From positions 2,275,199 to 2,339,198 of the forward strand of contig NC_057759.1 in the NCBI RefSeq assembly GCF_004010195.1: a stretch of DNA of 64,000 nt, in the 5' to 3' direction. The stretch comes from Chiloscyllium plagiosum. Taxonomy: Eukaryota. Both the position numbers and the translations under genes were made by a program. Positions 23,275-36,300 of this stretch are shown here, in pieces; position 1 is the stretch's first letter, and every line of letters starts with the position of its first letter. The notes under the pieces are model-generated. The model was not told the DNA's origin, did not search any database, and saw only the letters and a list, made by a program, of their open reading frames with translations.

Positions 23275-23472
23275 GTCTGGTACAGAATGTTCCAGGGAAT
23301 GTCGTTCATAGAATGTTCCGGTGAACGTTAGGTACAGAATATTCTGGAGATTATCTGTCATAGAATATTCTATGGAATGTCATTTACAGAATGCTCCAGG
23401 GAAAGTCAGTCATAGGATATTCCAGTGAATGTCGGGTTCAGAATTTTCCACGGAATGTCAGGTATAGAATGT
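23275..23472. repeat. 26-bp tandem repeat, ~7.5 copies
   Basis: Unit YAYAGAATGTTCCAGGGAATGTCAGT with alternating TACA/CATA starts. Confidence 0.9.
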
Positions 23473-23629
23473 GATAGAGTCATGAATACCCACATCACAA
23501 ATGCCCTTCTGTCCTTTACGTTTGGTGATAACCAACTCAGCCTCAGGCTGGGAATCTCTCCCCAAAATTAATTCAACTGGCAGTTTGCAACAAAAACAAT
23601 AGGGGTAAGGCAATATCTCGATCATTTGA

Positions 23630-23900
23630 TGTAAGGTCCCTTTTAACAAAATTACAGATGCTATGCCTCACTCAGAGACGTTGCCCACCTCCATTTCAGT
23701 TTTGTATAACACTCCCAAATATATAATGTCCTGGATATTCAAGTTCCCATTGTCCGTCACCCTGTCGCTATGTTTCTCTAATGCCATTGAATCATATCCA
23801 TTTCCCTGAATGTATGCATTTATTCCTTCATCTGTTTTGCGAATACAACACACATTCAGACAGAGTTCATTTCATTTAGCTTTTTAACCCGTTATTCCCT
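23630..23900 (-). mobile_element. Decayed CR1 endonuclease fragment
   Basis: CCIRKTDEGINAYIQGNGYDSMAL resembles the NARSI..DEL..YD.VAI endonuclease N-terminus. Confidence 0.55.
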
Positions 23901-24169
23901 GCTCCATTATTACCTCTTTTCGTCATTTGGACCGTTCAGGAAGCAGTGTGACATCGTCATACTCACGGAATTAAACCTGGTGGGTAAAGTTTCATGAAAA
24001 CCCATCATCATTCTGGGTATATCCTGTCCCATCGATGTGGGGGCACCATGGGCTACAGTCAGGGAAAGGGTTACACTGGAATTCCCAAACATTGATTCCA
24101 GAGACCGGGAAATCTCATGGTAACAGGTTAAAGATGGACAAGAAAATTGATTGATGATGGACATTGATG

Positions 24170-24797
24170 ATGAAGGTCTTATAAGGAAAGGATTCCGAAC
24201 TTGAGGCTGTTTTCGTTCGAGAGAAGAATGTTGAGAAGTAACTAAATTGAGACATACAAAATAATCAGTTAGATAAGCTGAACAATGAAAGCCTTTGTCG
24301 TCAGATGGTGATGGCTAGAACGAGGGGACATGGATGTAAATTGATGGGTGATCGATATTGAACAGATATCAGAGGTAAAAGCTGAAAATGTGTTGCTGGA
24401 AAAGCGCAGCACGTCAGGCAGCATCCAGGGAACAGGAGAATCGACGTTTCGGGCATAAGCCCTTCTTCAGAAACGTCGACTCTCCTGTTCGCTGGATGCT
24501 GCCTGACCTGCTGCGCTTTTCCAGCAACACATTTTCAGCTCTGATCTCCAGCATCTGCGGACCTCACTTTCTCCTCAAAGATATCAGAGGTAGTTTCTTT
24601 ACTCAGAGAGTAGTATTTACGTGGAATGCACTGGCTTTAGTAGACTCGCCAACTTTAAGGTCATTTAAGTGGTCACTGGATAAACGTATCAATGAAACTG
24701 GTATCGTGTGGTATAGATATGCTTCGGATTGGTTCTACAGGTTGGTGCAATATCGAGGGCCGAAGGCACTGCACTGCACTGTAATGTTCTATGTTCT
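24170..24797 (+). mobile_element. CR1 3' fragment interrupted by a fold-back element
   Basis: DIRGSFFTQRVVFTWNAL motif; ATGTTCTATGTTCTA tail. Confidence 0.88.
24378..24578. mobile_element. ~200-bp fold-back element with hammerhead core (family C) and 14-bp TSD
   Basis: AGATATCAGAGGTA at 24364..24377 and 24579..24592; ~70-bp inverted arms; minus strand CTGAAGA-A-GGGC ttat GCCC-GAAA-CG-TC at 24443..24470. Confidence 0.88.
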
Positions 24798-25229
24798 AAA
24801 TCTCCTGCCCTCCACATCTCGGTGATAACTCAGTTCCCCTCGATGTTGAAACAAATAGGAGTAAGCACTGAGTGTGACAAGAAAACAGAACGTACTCTGG
24901 GTGTGGGACTTCAAACTTCATGACAAAGAGTGTCTCCACAAGCCCAACATTGACTAAGCAGGGCGAAGCCTCATATGCACAGCAGCCAGACTGTGGGAAG
25001 TGATGGGGGAAACAACAAGAAGGAAACATTGTCACCAAACTATTTGTTGTAAATCGATCTCTCCCTAACAGTATCTGTTGGAGCACCCAGTACACAGTCC
25101 TGGCCATTTTGAAGTTGCCACCCCACTGTATTATGGGGCACTACCTCCACAAGGTTGAGGAAGCAAGGGCTTGAAACAGCTTTTGAGTATTACACGGTAG
25201 CTAGAAAATAACACAGAAATGGACAGAGA

Positions 25230-25870
25230 ATACCCAGGTTGATTGTGTTGTTCAGAAGGCATGTGGTGTTTTGGCTTTCATTAACAGGGAAGTTCATTTT
25301 AAGAGCCACGAGGTTTTGTGGCAGCACTATTAAATCCTAGGTAGACCATACTTGAAATATTGTGTCCAGTTCCTGATCACCTAATAATGGAAGGATTCAG
25401 ATGTTCTAGAGATGGTGCAGAGGCGATTTAACAGGAGACTGTCTGAATTGGAGGGCTTGCCTTTTGGAGAGAGGTTGAGTGAGCTTTTTACATTGGTGAG
25501 AAGGAGGAAGAGAGGTGAGTTGATCGAGGTGTACAAGATAATGAGAGGCATAGATATAGTAGATAGCCAGAGACTTTCCAGAAGGCATAAAACATCTGTC
25601 ACAAGGGGCAATAATGTTAAGGCAATTTGAGGAAGATAGAGGAAGAGGCTAGAGGTAGGTTCTTTACGCAGAGAGTGCTGGGTGTATGGAATGCATGGCC
25701 AGCGTTGGTGATAAAGTCATTAGGGACATTTTTAGTGACTGCTGGACAAGCACATGATTGGCAATAAATTGAGGGATGTGTAGATTAGGTTGAATTTAGA
25801 TTAAGATAAATGCTCGGCACAGCATCGTGGACTGAAGGGCCTGTTCTGTAATGTACCGATCTATGTTCTG
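25230..25870 (+). mobile_element. CR1 3' fragment
   Basis: VQRRFNR..RRRKRGELIEVYKIMRG; CR1 tail. Confidence 0.88.
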
Positions 25871-26234
25871 CCAAATTTGTCAATGACGTTAACATAGACA
25901 GGAATCTAAGTTATCAAGAGGAGTTAGAGTATGTGTAAATGGTTAAGCAGACGGATGTATTATAACGTGGGTACAATGAACCTGTGAATTTTTCAGGAAG
26001 AATAAAAGGCTGTATGTTCTATAAATGGAGAACGATTGCAGGACTTAGCGATACAATGTGCACTGGACGGTTCATTCCAACTCATTCAGACATTGGAAGT
26101 GCTGCTATATCTCCCTGATTATCTGCTCCCCGATATTTCCAATAACCCCATTGCCCTCTGTACACACGGGCTATTTTGATATGGTTGGTTGGTGGTGGGG
26201 ACGGTGTTTTCAACCAGGTATCAACGGGACAGCC

Positions 26235-26705
26235 TTTAACCAAGAGCGCAGCACAGGCCCTTCGGCCCTCGATGCTGTGCCGACCTGTGGAACTAATCTG
26301 AAGCCCATCTAAACTACACTATTCAATTCTCATCCATCTTCCTATCCAATGACAATTTAAATGCCCTTAAAGTTGTCGAGTCTACTACTGCTGCAGTTCC
26401 ACACCCCTACTACTCTCTGAGTAAATAAATTACTTCTAACATCTGCCCTATATCAATCACCACTCAAATTAAAGCTATCTCCACTTGTGCTAGCCATCGT
26501 CGTCTGAGGGGAAAGGCTTTCACTGTCCAACGTATCTAACCCTCTGATTATCTTATGTGTCTCAATTAAATCGCCTCTCAACCTTCTTCTCTCTAATGAA
26601 AACATCCTCAAGTCCCTCAGCCTTTCCTCCCAACACCTTCCCTCCATACCAGGCAAAATCCAATTAAATCTTCTCTGAACTCTGTCCAAAGTTTTCACAT
26701 CCTTC
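26235..26705 (-). mobile_element. CR1 3' fragment
   Basis: RVQRRF..FSLERRRLRGDLIETHKIIRG. Confidence 0.9.
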
Positions 26706-27299
26706 CATATCTGTCCAGCTCCAGAAGCCATGCAAACCACAGCAGTGCATTGATCAATGAACCCGTACTAGATATCTGTCCACCACGAGGAGCTATGCAG
26801 CCAAAGCTGTCCAATTGCATCCAGATTACTCTGAGTGAAGTACGTTGGAAGCGGTTAGCATAAAGTTTATTACATTTCCTCTAACTTTAAAGATTTTTTT
26901 TCTTGATGTGCTCTTCAAATTTCACTGAGAATGGATTGCGAAGTCCTGAAGCAAAAACTATGGTAGCAAATGGGATGCATTGGGCATGTTAATCTCCTAC
27001 TGTTAATACGTCAGGGAGAGCATTCCAAAGAATCGGACAAATCTGCTCTGAATCTCCAAAGTCACTGTTAAAAGAAGGAAACAGCCATAAGAAGTACTAA
27101 GTTTGGGACTCGGAATTTTCCAGCCAAAGCTCCTCTGCTCCACCCGTTCTTTCTTTTTCTTATTGTTTTCTCTATTCTGAATTGATTTCCCCACATACTA
27201 TTAAGTTTTTAAAGTTATAATGAGAGTAGCAAAGGAAGTGAACCCCAGACTGGAGGCTGGCACGAGGAAATGACACCTCGAAATTTAAAGCAAAATGTT

Positions 27300-28040
27300 T
27301 CCTGGAGACTGGGTCCAGTGGGTCTGGAGACTGCATCCGATTTTCTTGAAGGATGACCACGGTGTGGTCTGAACTCTGGGCTGGGTGCAGTCTGGCGATG
27401 GGGCCAGATGCGGTCTAGAGACTGGGCCGAGTGCAGTCAGGAGACTGGGCCTGGTATAGCCCGGAGCCTGGGTCAGGTGCAGTTTAGAGACTAGGACCAG
27501 TGCGGTCTGGAGTCTCAACCCAGAACGGTCTGGAGAGTGGATCCACTTCAGTCTGGAGACTTGGCCCAGTGTGCTCTGGAAACATGGACCAGTCCTGTCG
27601 GGAGAGTGGGGCTTTTCTGGTCTCGAGACAGGGTTCAGTGGTCTGGAGACTGCACCCGGTGCATTTTGGAGACTGAGCCAAGTACGATCAAGAATCTCAG
27701 CCCGGTGTGGTCTGGTGATTCAGACGGGTGCAGTGTGGAGACTGGGCAGGGTGGTTCTGGGGACTGGTCCTGATGTGGTCTGGAGTCTGGACCCAGCTCA
27801 GTCTGGAGACTGGGCCCTGTTTCGTTTGGAGACTGGGTCTTAGGTGATCTGGAGACTGGTCCCAGTGTGGTGTGGTGACTGAGTCTGGTGCAGTCTGGAG
27901 ACTGTGCCCAGTGCAGCACGGAGACAAGGCCCAGTGTGGTAACAATTCTTGGTCCATTGTGGCCTGGAGACTGGGTCCAGTACAGTCTGGAGGTTGGACC
28001 TGGTGCATATTTGGAGATTCAGTGCTGGCACAGACTGGGG
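27300..28040. repeat. Degenerate minisatellite, 23-bp unit
   Basis: Consensus TCTGGAGACTGGGCCCAGTGCAG; GGAGAC recurs at ~23-bp spacing. Confidence 0.9.
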
Positions 28041-28514
28041 TGAAAAAACTGGTAATTAAGTCTGTTCTTTTGTTTCGTTTTTATTCTTCTGCTGGGCTTT
28101 AACTCATTATACTTTCAGTTTTACAGCAAACACTTAAGAACTTATACATGGCTATATTGTTTCTAAGATTGTGCCATAATCGTGGACATTGAAAACATTT
28201 CACTGCACCCATTGGAATGCACGTGAAAATAAAGCTAATTCAATTCAAATGCGAGAAAGTCACTGTGTAAAAGCTGCTGCGTGTGCAGTAGTGTGGCCGG
28301 CCAGAAGAGGGTGGTATTACAACACTTTAAACAGAAGAGGAGTGTCAGGCAAAGTGAGAGAGTGAGGAGAGACATTTTTATACCCATTTTAACAGATTCA
28401 CTCCCGAAACAACAGAAACTCAAATGTTCAGCGACACAGAGGCACAGGTACACACACTAACACATGGAAGCACACACAAAAAAACAAAAAATGATACACA
28501 AACGCATACACGCC

Positions 28515-29164
28515 CTTGGAGTCCGTGTACATGTATCCATGAAAGTTGCCACCCAGGTTGATAGTGCCATTAAGAAGGCATACAGTGTGTTAGGTTTCAT
28601 TGTAGAGGGATTGAGTTCCGGAGCCGCAATATTATGCTGCAACTATACAACACTTGGAATATTGTGTACAGCTCTGGTCGCCATATTTCGGGAAGAATGT
28701 GGAAGCATTGGAAAAGGTGCAGAGGAGATTTACAGGGATGTGGCCTGGTCTGTAGGGAAGGTCTTATGAGGAAAGGCTGAGAGACTTGGGTCTGTTCTCA
28801 TTGCAAAGAAGAAGGCTAAGAGGGGATTTGATAGAGACATACAAGATGATCAGAGGATTAGATAGGGTCGACAGTGAAAGTCTTTTTCCTAGGATGATGA
28901 CATCAGCTTGTACGAGGGGGCATAACTACAAATTCAGTTGATAGATTTAAGACAAATGTCAGAGACAGGTTCTTTACTCAGAGAGTGGTAAGGGCGTGAA
29001 ATACCCTACCTGCCAATATAATTAACTCAGCCACATTAGGGAGATTTGAACAATTCTTGGATGATGATGGGATAGTGTAGGGGGACGAACTGAGAATAGT
29101 TCATGGGTCGGCACAAAATCGAGGGCCGAAGAGCCTGTTATGCACTGCATTGTTCTATATTCTA
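28515..29164 (+). mobile_element. CR1 3' fragment
   Basis: LGVRVHVSMKVATQVDSAIKKAY; CR1 tail. Confidence 0.9.
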
Positions 29165-29214
29165 ACCATGAACACACATATATACACAGACATCCGGCCC
29201 CTCAAGCCTGCCTT

Positions 29215-29633
29215 TGTTGTGGTTGATAGCACATTTAGGAATGACCAGGAGACGCAGATAATTCCTCAAGATGATGAGCCTTTGCTTGCAAACAAAAGCT
29301 GTGGCCACCAGAGCAGACAATCCTGAAAGCCTGCGAAAAATGATAGTATTCGAATATTTATGCTGTTCTAAAAGACACGCCCTAAGCCTGTTACATTAAC
29401 ATAATCAATCGCACTAAGCCTGCATTTCATCCCCTTAAACAATCAGATTTTTGCGACATTGTCTTCTGGTTTGCTGCAGACCATTATGTTGTGCCGTGGT
29501 CATGTTCCTTCAGCTTTTGTCAACTGACGGGATGCAGTCAACTAAGGCTGACTCGAACACGCAAGCCAGACCTAACATTTATGCATAATTTCAACATGTA
29601 TTACTTTGTAGTCATACGTACATATTTACCATA
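29215..29633 (-). repeat. ERV 3' LTR
   Basis: Colinear diverged direct repeat of 36324..36733; preceded on the minus strand by a polypurine tract. Confidence 0.92.
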
Positions 29634-29635
29634 TG

Positions 29636-29653
29636 TCTCCCCCTCCCCCCTTT
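29636..29653 (-). other. Polypurine tract
   Basis: Minus strand AAAGGGGGGAGGGGGAGA next to the 3' LTR. Confidence 0.85.
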
Positions 29654-29989
29654 GAGAACTATTGTTCCCACACAAAGAAAAAAAAAGCACCATGAGGCAA
29701 GACCTTCAGAACCTAATTAATGTGGCTGAAAAACGCGCCAAGCAATTTAGAAATTCAGTTCTCAAAGGGTTCTTCCTCTATTTCTGGAGTATCTGGGCCA
29801 AAAACCCTTCCCCCATTGTCTACAACAGGAAAAAAAAACAGAATCCCTTGCAGACTATGTCAAAGGAAATATGAAACTGAAAAAAAAATCAAAAAGTCGT
29901 GGCCCCACTTGTTGTCTGCACTTCCATGGACAGCGGGTCATAATAACTGGAACCTGGCGCTGAAACCTCTTCTGCGATGGGAGACAACT

Positions 29990-31190
29990 CAGAACAGACT
30001 GGCACGACGAGGCGTTGCTCTGCAGTAATGCACACTAAAATTTCTTAAGCAGAAATAAAGATCAGCACAACACAACGGCAAGGGCTTTTAAAACAATAGC
30101 AGCAACGGTTGCAACCTGGCCAAACCAAGCCCCCCCCCCCCCCCCCCCCCACCCCAACCTCCCAAGACGCTGCCTAAACACTCAAAGAACTGATGACCAG
30201 ACCTACATTTTCCTTAAGCTCTCTTCTCAGAATTTCTCAGCTTTTCCATTGCCTTAGTAAACGAGCCCTCAGGACAAATGTTATTAGATATGAAGGAACA
30301 GCAATGTTCCCCAAACTTTACACAGACACCACCTTCTTCAGCCACCAGCTAGTCCCAGGTTTGCCAATTTTACATGCCATTTTGTTGGTTGCATCCAACT
30401 GCACACCTAATGCTGAGATGGCATCATCGGTGTAATTAATAAATCTCTGCTGGTTACAGTAAATAAAAATAATCCATTCAGCATTTTAGCTAACACCAAA
30501 GGCAGCGAGAAGCATTTCCCAGCCCTCAGCAAATCTCGTTTCTGGCCTTGAATTCATTAGGAATGCTCCTTGGCTGCCGAGTATGGTCAATGTGGTTCAC
30601 CGGGTCCAGGATATAATCTCCCCTATGGCGACGTACTATCTGTTGAAGTGGAGTGTCAAACAGAGCCTTCAGGGAAATAACAATTTCCTGTCATAGCATT
30701 ACACCGGTGCAGGTGCCTGGCCATTCTAGGAGAATTGTCAGCCTCAATCTTCCTTCCATGCCACACAACCAACAAGTATGTGCTATCGGGATAAGCTGGG
30801 CATCCAATGCACGATCTGCGACTGGGACACCTGCAACAGGCACAACGCCAGGTGTGACATCCCATGTCCAGGTGCACTTTCCCACAAAGTGGCCAAACAG
30901 GACATCATCACGTCACGTGAAACACTCAAAGCCCAAATGGTGATGGAGTGCAGGGCCTTGTATTGGGGACACGCGTTTGTTTTTGAAGGTAGACCACGGC
31001 GTACCATATTTACATTTTCAGATGAGTTCACGTTGATCATATAGAGGAGATTCCTGGTACAATATACACCAATCTGGGCAATATGGCACATTGCTAGTGC
31101 ACTTGAGGTAAGAGGTGCCATTTATGAGGCAGTGCTTTCTTCTGTAAGACATAATTTCATTAGGGCATTGCCTATCACGTTGACCTCCTT
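29990..31190 (-). pseudogene. env: Retroviral env remnant (SU C-terminus + TM)
   Basis: WLCG..WPGTC; furin-like RRHR; QPRSIPNEFKARNE; NQQRFINYTDDA; decayed immunosuppressive domain ..LVAEEGGVC; CX6CC CVKFGEHCC at 30298..30324; hydrophobic anchor; stops and frameshifts. Confidence 0.9.
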
Positions 31191-31430
31191 CATTTGTTGA
31201 AAAGTTCATATCCGTTCCAGCACCTGAGTCTTCAAAATGTGTTGCCTCCACCCCTCTACTGAATCTATCAATCGCCATTATCAGATATCGTTTCCCTTTC
31301 ACTGTCTTAGTCATGTCCACATAGTCAACCATCAAATGTTTAAACTGCTCTTCGGGCACTGATATGCGACTTATGAGGTTCGATATTCCATTTCTAACAT
31401 TATTCTGTTTGCATACCGTGAGAATTCTGG
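31190..31430 (-). pseudogene. pol: Retroviral integrase core fragment
   Basis: VCKQNN..PEEQFKHLMVDYVDM..KRYLIMAIDRFSRGVEA. Confidence 0.88.
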
Positions 31431-33152
31431 TCCCAATCAAGCCTGTCCCAATCAACTGTGTTTGAAATCACGAAGGTGCTGGACATACTCAATTTTACCT
31501 GTATCCTGGATCGTGGTTCAGTCTGGTTCTGGCCATCCCAATAGAAAATCACTGCTCACCTTTTCCAGAAGACTGGGAAATCATGGGCTAGTTCTTATTG
31601 TCTGTTCAGATCATGTCTACGACACCACAAGGAATACATAGCAAAAGCATAGGGTTAAAGAAAGGTGACTCGGTTTCTCGATATTTTTCAATTGTGGGCT
31701 GTATACCACTTCCATCAAAGAGACGGCCACTCACGTCAGTCTTATAACACAAGCCATTCGTTTTAAGGCCACTCCTAGAATTTTTCTGCATTTAAATCTG
31801 TATCATTCTTTGAGCAAATTGGGCCAGTTTCTTCTTGTAGTTATGGATATACATCATTAACATTACTCAGATTCCAAGGATGGCCCCTGGTTAGGAAGGC
31901 TCAGGCCGCTCATCCCCATCATATAAGCTATGAAGATGGATGCCTCATTTTCAAAATACGGAAAGGTTTGTAATTGGGGGGGAAGGTGGGTATACTCGGG
32001 GAAATCAGGAGATGTTAAGGGCTCATCGAGTATTCAAGAATAAAATCCTCATCTCTCATCCCTACCAGCGTCACCCCATCTTCAAACAGGGTCGACATGC
32101 CAGAAGTTGGCTCGGGATTACGATTAAAATGTAAGCTATCTTTTACAGCATTATTGCTTTAACACTTTTTATATTCCTCAGCCGTAGTGACCTTACTCTG
32201 CTTCTCCTGTTCCTTTTGTTTTGCATCTACCCATTCGAAGTCAGCTATGAACATCTCCCAGCTGTTGGGAGTTCCATCTGCTGTACGTCATCATTCCTTC
32301 AACTGGGCAGTAAAGTCTCTTTTCATTTACTAGCAGCTTTAGCCTTCCACTCTTTAATTAGTAATTAATCAATGCTGCCATTCTTCAAAGTAACCATGAG
32401 GCAATGACACAGATTACTGACAATGTGTTAAGATATAAAGCCAATCGATCCTGCCAATTAATTCTGATTTTGTGATTCAAGGCTAATGCAATTGGTTATT
32501 TTTTTTTAAAGAAAGCTAATATAATCATTGCTTGTAATTCAGAGGTGGAAACTGAACAAGTAATTAAAACCTTGTAAAAGCCATCAACATAAACCAGAAA
32601 TTAATTTATTCAAATATCAATTAGAAAAATGTAAAATGTACACAGTTTCCAACTCTGAAACCATTATAATTACCTGGTTCTCGTCCCTTCATTTAAATCC
32701 CAGATTAGGTACCTTGAGCAGTTCTGACCAGTCATTGCTCATTTACAATTTTAAAGCCTGTGAAATAACAACAGCTGCACTAAAAGGTCTTGTCTACTCA
32801 CATGGTAACAAAATCCTTCTAATGCACAAATATTGGCCGAATCCAAAGACACAGTTAATAACAATAAGATATTAAGTTTTTTCACACGATTTTCACAACA
32901 TAATGTTCAACCAAAAATTCAATTCTTAGTGAGGATTGGGAATTGATTTTGAATAAAGTTATAACTGGCACTCCGTAATAACTAATGAGACGCAACGTTT
33001 TAAAGTGGGAGCAACAAGTGGGAACAAAACAACGAAGAACTTAATTCTGCCATCATAATTTTCTGAAAACAACATTGTTGGGTCAGGATATTTTGGATAT
33101 ATCCTTATTCTTTCAGTTCTAATTCATTTTAAAATAAAATCTAAAAAGTTCA

Positions 33153-33445
33153 TGGCAGCACGGTGGCTCAGTGGTTAGCACTGCTGCCTCACAGCACCGG
33201 AGACCCGGGTTCAATTCCCGCCTCAGGCGACTTCTCCCCGTGTCTGCGTGGGTTTCCTCCGGGTGCTCCGGTTTCCTCTCACAGTCCAAAAGATGTGAAT
33301 TGGCCATGATAAATTGCCCGTAGTGTTAGGTAAGGGGTAAATGTAGAGGTATGGGTGGGTTGCGCTTCGGCGGGTCGGTGTGGACTTGTTGGGCCGAAGG
33401 GCCTGTTTCCACACTGTAATGTAATCTAATATAATCTAAAAAAAA
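33153..33445 (+). mobile_element. tRNA-derived SINE (HE1-like) inserted in the ERV
   Basis: A box TGGCTCAGTGG, B box GGTTCAATTCC, V-SINE-like core, CR1-type 3' end GGGCCGAAGGGCCTGTTTCC and TAATC repeats. Confidence 0.9.
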
Positions 33446-35774
33446 TCCTCCATTCAATTAACAAATGTTAAACTCTGACGTGACTTTCCATAATGCTAGG
33501 TTTAGATTATTATTTTAAAGAAAAATGAGCAGGCACCTACTGAGGTCAGGATTTACAGTGCTACTGCTTTTACTGCCTTTAGTCAAATCTTTGATTCGTC
33601 AAATAAGGTGAAAGGGGTGAAACTGATCTTTGGCAATAGCATGGAATTATAGGGGATCTGAGAGCAGGTTTATACTGGTGTCAAATTGTCGTGTCGTCTT
33701 CCTCCATATTAAACGAATTTGAATTTAAATAAGATTGGCTGTCATGTAAACATAAAATGCCACTAGTTGGAATTTGACAGTAGAGCAGTCATGGTCTGTA
33801 GAAAGAACGGGTGGGTTAATATTTCATTAATATTTTTTCACAAGATTTTCAGTCTCTCTCTCTCTCTTTCTCTCCCCCTCTCTCTTGCACACACACATGA
33901 AAATGTTCCACCTTTCTTCCTACCTCAGTTTGTAGCTTTTGTTTAATTCTTGCTTGCAAGGGTAATGAAGCAGTCACATTGCAGAACAGTCAAAGTTAGG
34001 GAGTTGAGCCTTATACATCCTAGCTGTGACACGTAGCTGCTTAACCAAATGTGCAAAATCTAATACCGCTTAGCCGTTCCATGTGCAATTCTAACAATAT
34101 TTTCAAGGCAAGTTGATTGTGCCCCTGCATTAGTCTGCGACCTAACTTCTGGAGCCCTGTCACCCATAATAGCAGACCCTTCACCACTCCCATAGCCAAC
34201 AATCGTCCTATCGTTTTGTCTTCAAAGGCTCTAATCTACTTCCCTGCACCCTCATAAATGTACGGGACAATGCATTTCTGAGCCCCTCCAGATGTTGGAT
34301 TCCCCAGGTAACATATTGCGACTGTCTGCGCCCCCAACCCCTTCTTTTATGTTCAAGGGCATAATTCGTTTTGCACGTGAGGATTCTTTGTCCCGACAAT
34401 CAAACTCATCCATGGAGTCCTTTTCGGATGCTGACCCTGATTCTATATCCATCTCATCCCATCCATCCTGTGATGGCTCCCTTCAGACACTCTACTGATC
34501 ACGCTGTTCTAAAACTGTTTGCTCCTTCCATGGGTCACATTCTCCCTGACTCCAATCAATAGCCTGTTTAAAGTTTAGAAACTCCTCATACTCTTTCTGT
34601 TCTCATACTGTCCACAGTAAGTTAAGTTCCTCTTCCAAGTTCTTGCTTGGTTTATTTCTTTCGACTGCGTCCCATAACAATTCTCTCTCATGTTGCCTTT
34701 TCTTAATTCCTTCATTTCCTCCCTTCTCTAGTTCAGTTTAGCTTTATCGTCGTTGTCCTCAAACCATTCAATCTCTCCTCCTATTTACACCATTCCATTA
34801 ATCAAAGGATATTGCTGTGTGTTTCATCTGTTCAATTAAGGCGGGAGTTCATCTAGCTCCAGCAGGCCAGGATAATAAAGAGACTTATCTGCCTGACCAC
34901 CAGTTACATACTGCTTTTGTTGTCCTTTAGTAGCTTGCCTGGTATCTGCATATGCCTGGTATGCTCTTATCAATTTTACTCCCTCTTGTGTCTGAAAAGT
35001 TTTAACATTTCTATCACCTGTTCCATTCTTATTATTTAAATCATCTTTTGGTGTGAGATTTTTAATTAATCCTTCCATTTCATCACATATACTTATATCA
35101 AGAATATCTGATTTGGGCCACTTAGTTAAAAAGTTCTTAGTTATTTGTTTCCCATTTCACTGAGATGTTCACGATATAATGTTTGGATACAGGGACCTTT
35201 TTTACCGAATATTTCGACTTGAGCTTCTTTGTCCATCCTGACATATATTTCAGTCCAGCTAATCTATTGCCTTTGTTCTCACAGTTCACTCCTCTTTTCC
35301 TTACAAGTCTGGTAGTGCCTCGTCAATTAGGGAATATTATAAGTATTCCCTAACTCTACAGTTTGTAATTGTCTCTTAGTGATCTGTCAGTCCCCAAACA
35401 ACCTTGATTTCAACTAATTAATAAAGACCATCTAAGCTCGTTTCTTCTGCCAATGCAGACCCCTAATGTCTTGGATGGTATCCGTGGAACTTACTAATCA
35501 CTGCTGGTTCATTAAAAACAGTTAACGAAATTATCTTAAATTCAAAAAGTGCAAATCAAAATAAAAACACTCCCGGATCTCGAGCTCTGTGAAAAAAGAC
35601 ATAAACCTTCAATCACGATAAAGCAAGTGTGCATTCAAACCAGATTACAAACGGTTAAACTCAGAGTGCCTCTGTGTCTTTCGCTCTCTCTCTCTCTCTG
35701 TCACACACACACACGAACTTTTCTGCAAGCACTCGGAAACACAGCACTGAACCACAGTTTCTCTCTCTCACACG

Positions 35775-35968
35775 CATACAGAGCCCTGCCCATTCAGGCC
35801 CTCGCGACTTGCGAGGCAGTAAACCCATGGACTTAGTAACGCAACACAGCCCTGCCCGTGCATACTCTCGTGACTGGCCAGGCAGTAACCACAGGGACAT
35901 ACTAACACTACACAGCCTGCCCGTGCAGGCACTCGCTGCTGGCGAGGAGGTAAACTCACGGACTTAAC
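35775..35968. repeat. Three ~66-bp tandem repeats in the ERV leader
   Basis: AGCCCTGCCCGTGCAGGC..GGCGAGGCAGTAAAC..GGACTTA repeated three times. Confidence 0.8.
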
Positions 35969-36300
35969 ACCAAATGGAATTTCATATCAGACAATTTATC
36001 CTTTCTATTGTTACTCACCCCACTGCGCAGTTATCTTGACCAATCCTCTGAGTCTTCAAAAATTTCAATTTCTTGCCAGTCTTTTTGGTTCTTTGGATTC
36101 GAAAGACTTTTCACCAGCTTTTCTGCACTTCTGCATCTCCAAGGACCTCTTTGACTCAGCAGAACTTAATCAGAATTATCAGCAAAACGCTTATCTCTTT
36201 TTGAGGGTGGTCAGACTTTATTCTGTCAGACTCGGGAGGGTTGCGGATGTACCAGGAAGCAACCTCGGGCTACTGCCTCCTTTGTGTAGGTCTCTTTCCC

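Noticed and set aside
24388..24825. 145-aa ORF as a novel gene
   Set aside because: Chance read-through across the fold-back insert and the CR1 tail
27285..28102. Many overlapping ORFs on both strands
   Set aside because: Produced by the stop-poor 23-bp minisatellite
30130..30150. C21 run as a functional G-quadruplex
   Set aside because: Homopolymer expansion within decayed env; length unreliable
33153..33225. tRNA gene
   Set aside because: A/B boxes continue into a SINE body and LINE-type tail; homologues at 59810 and 60655
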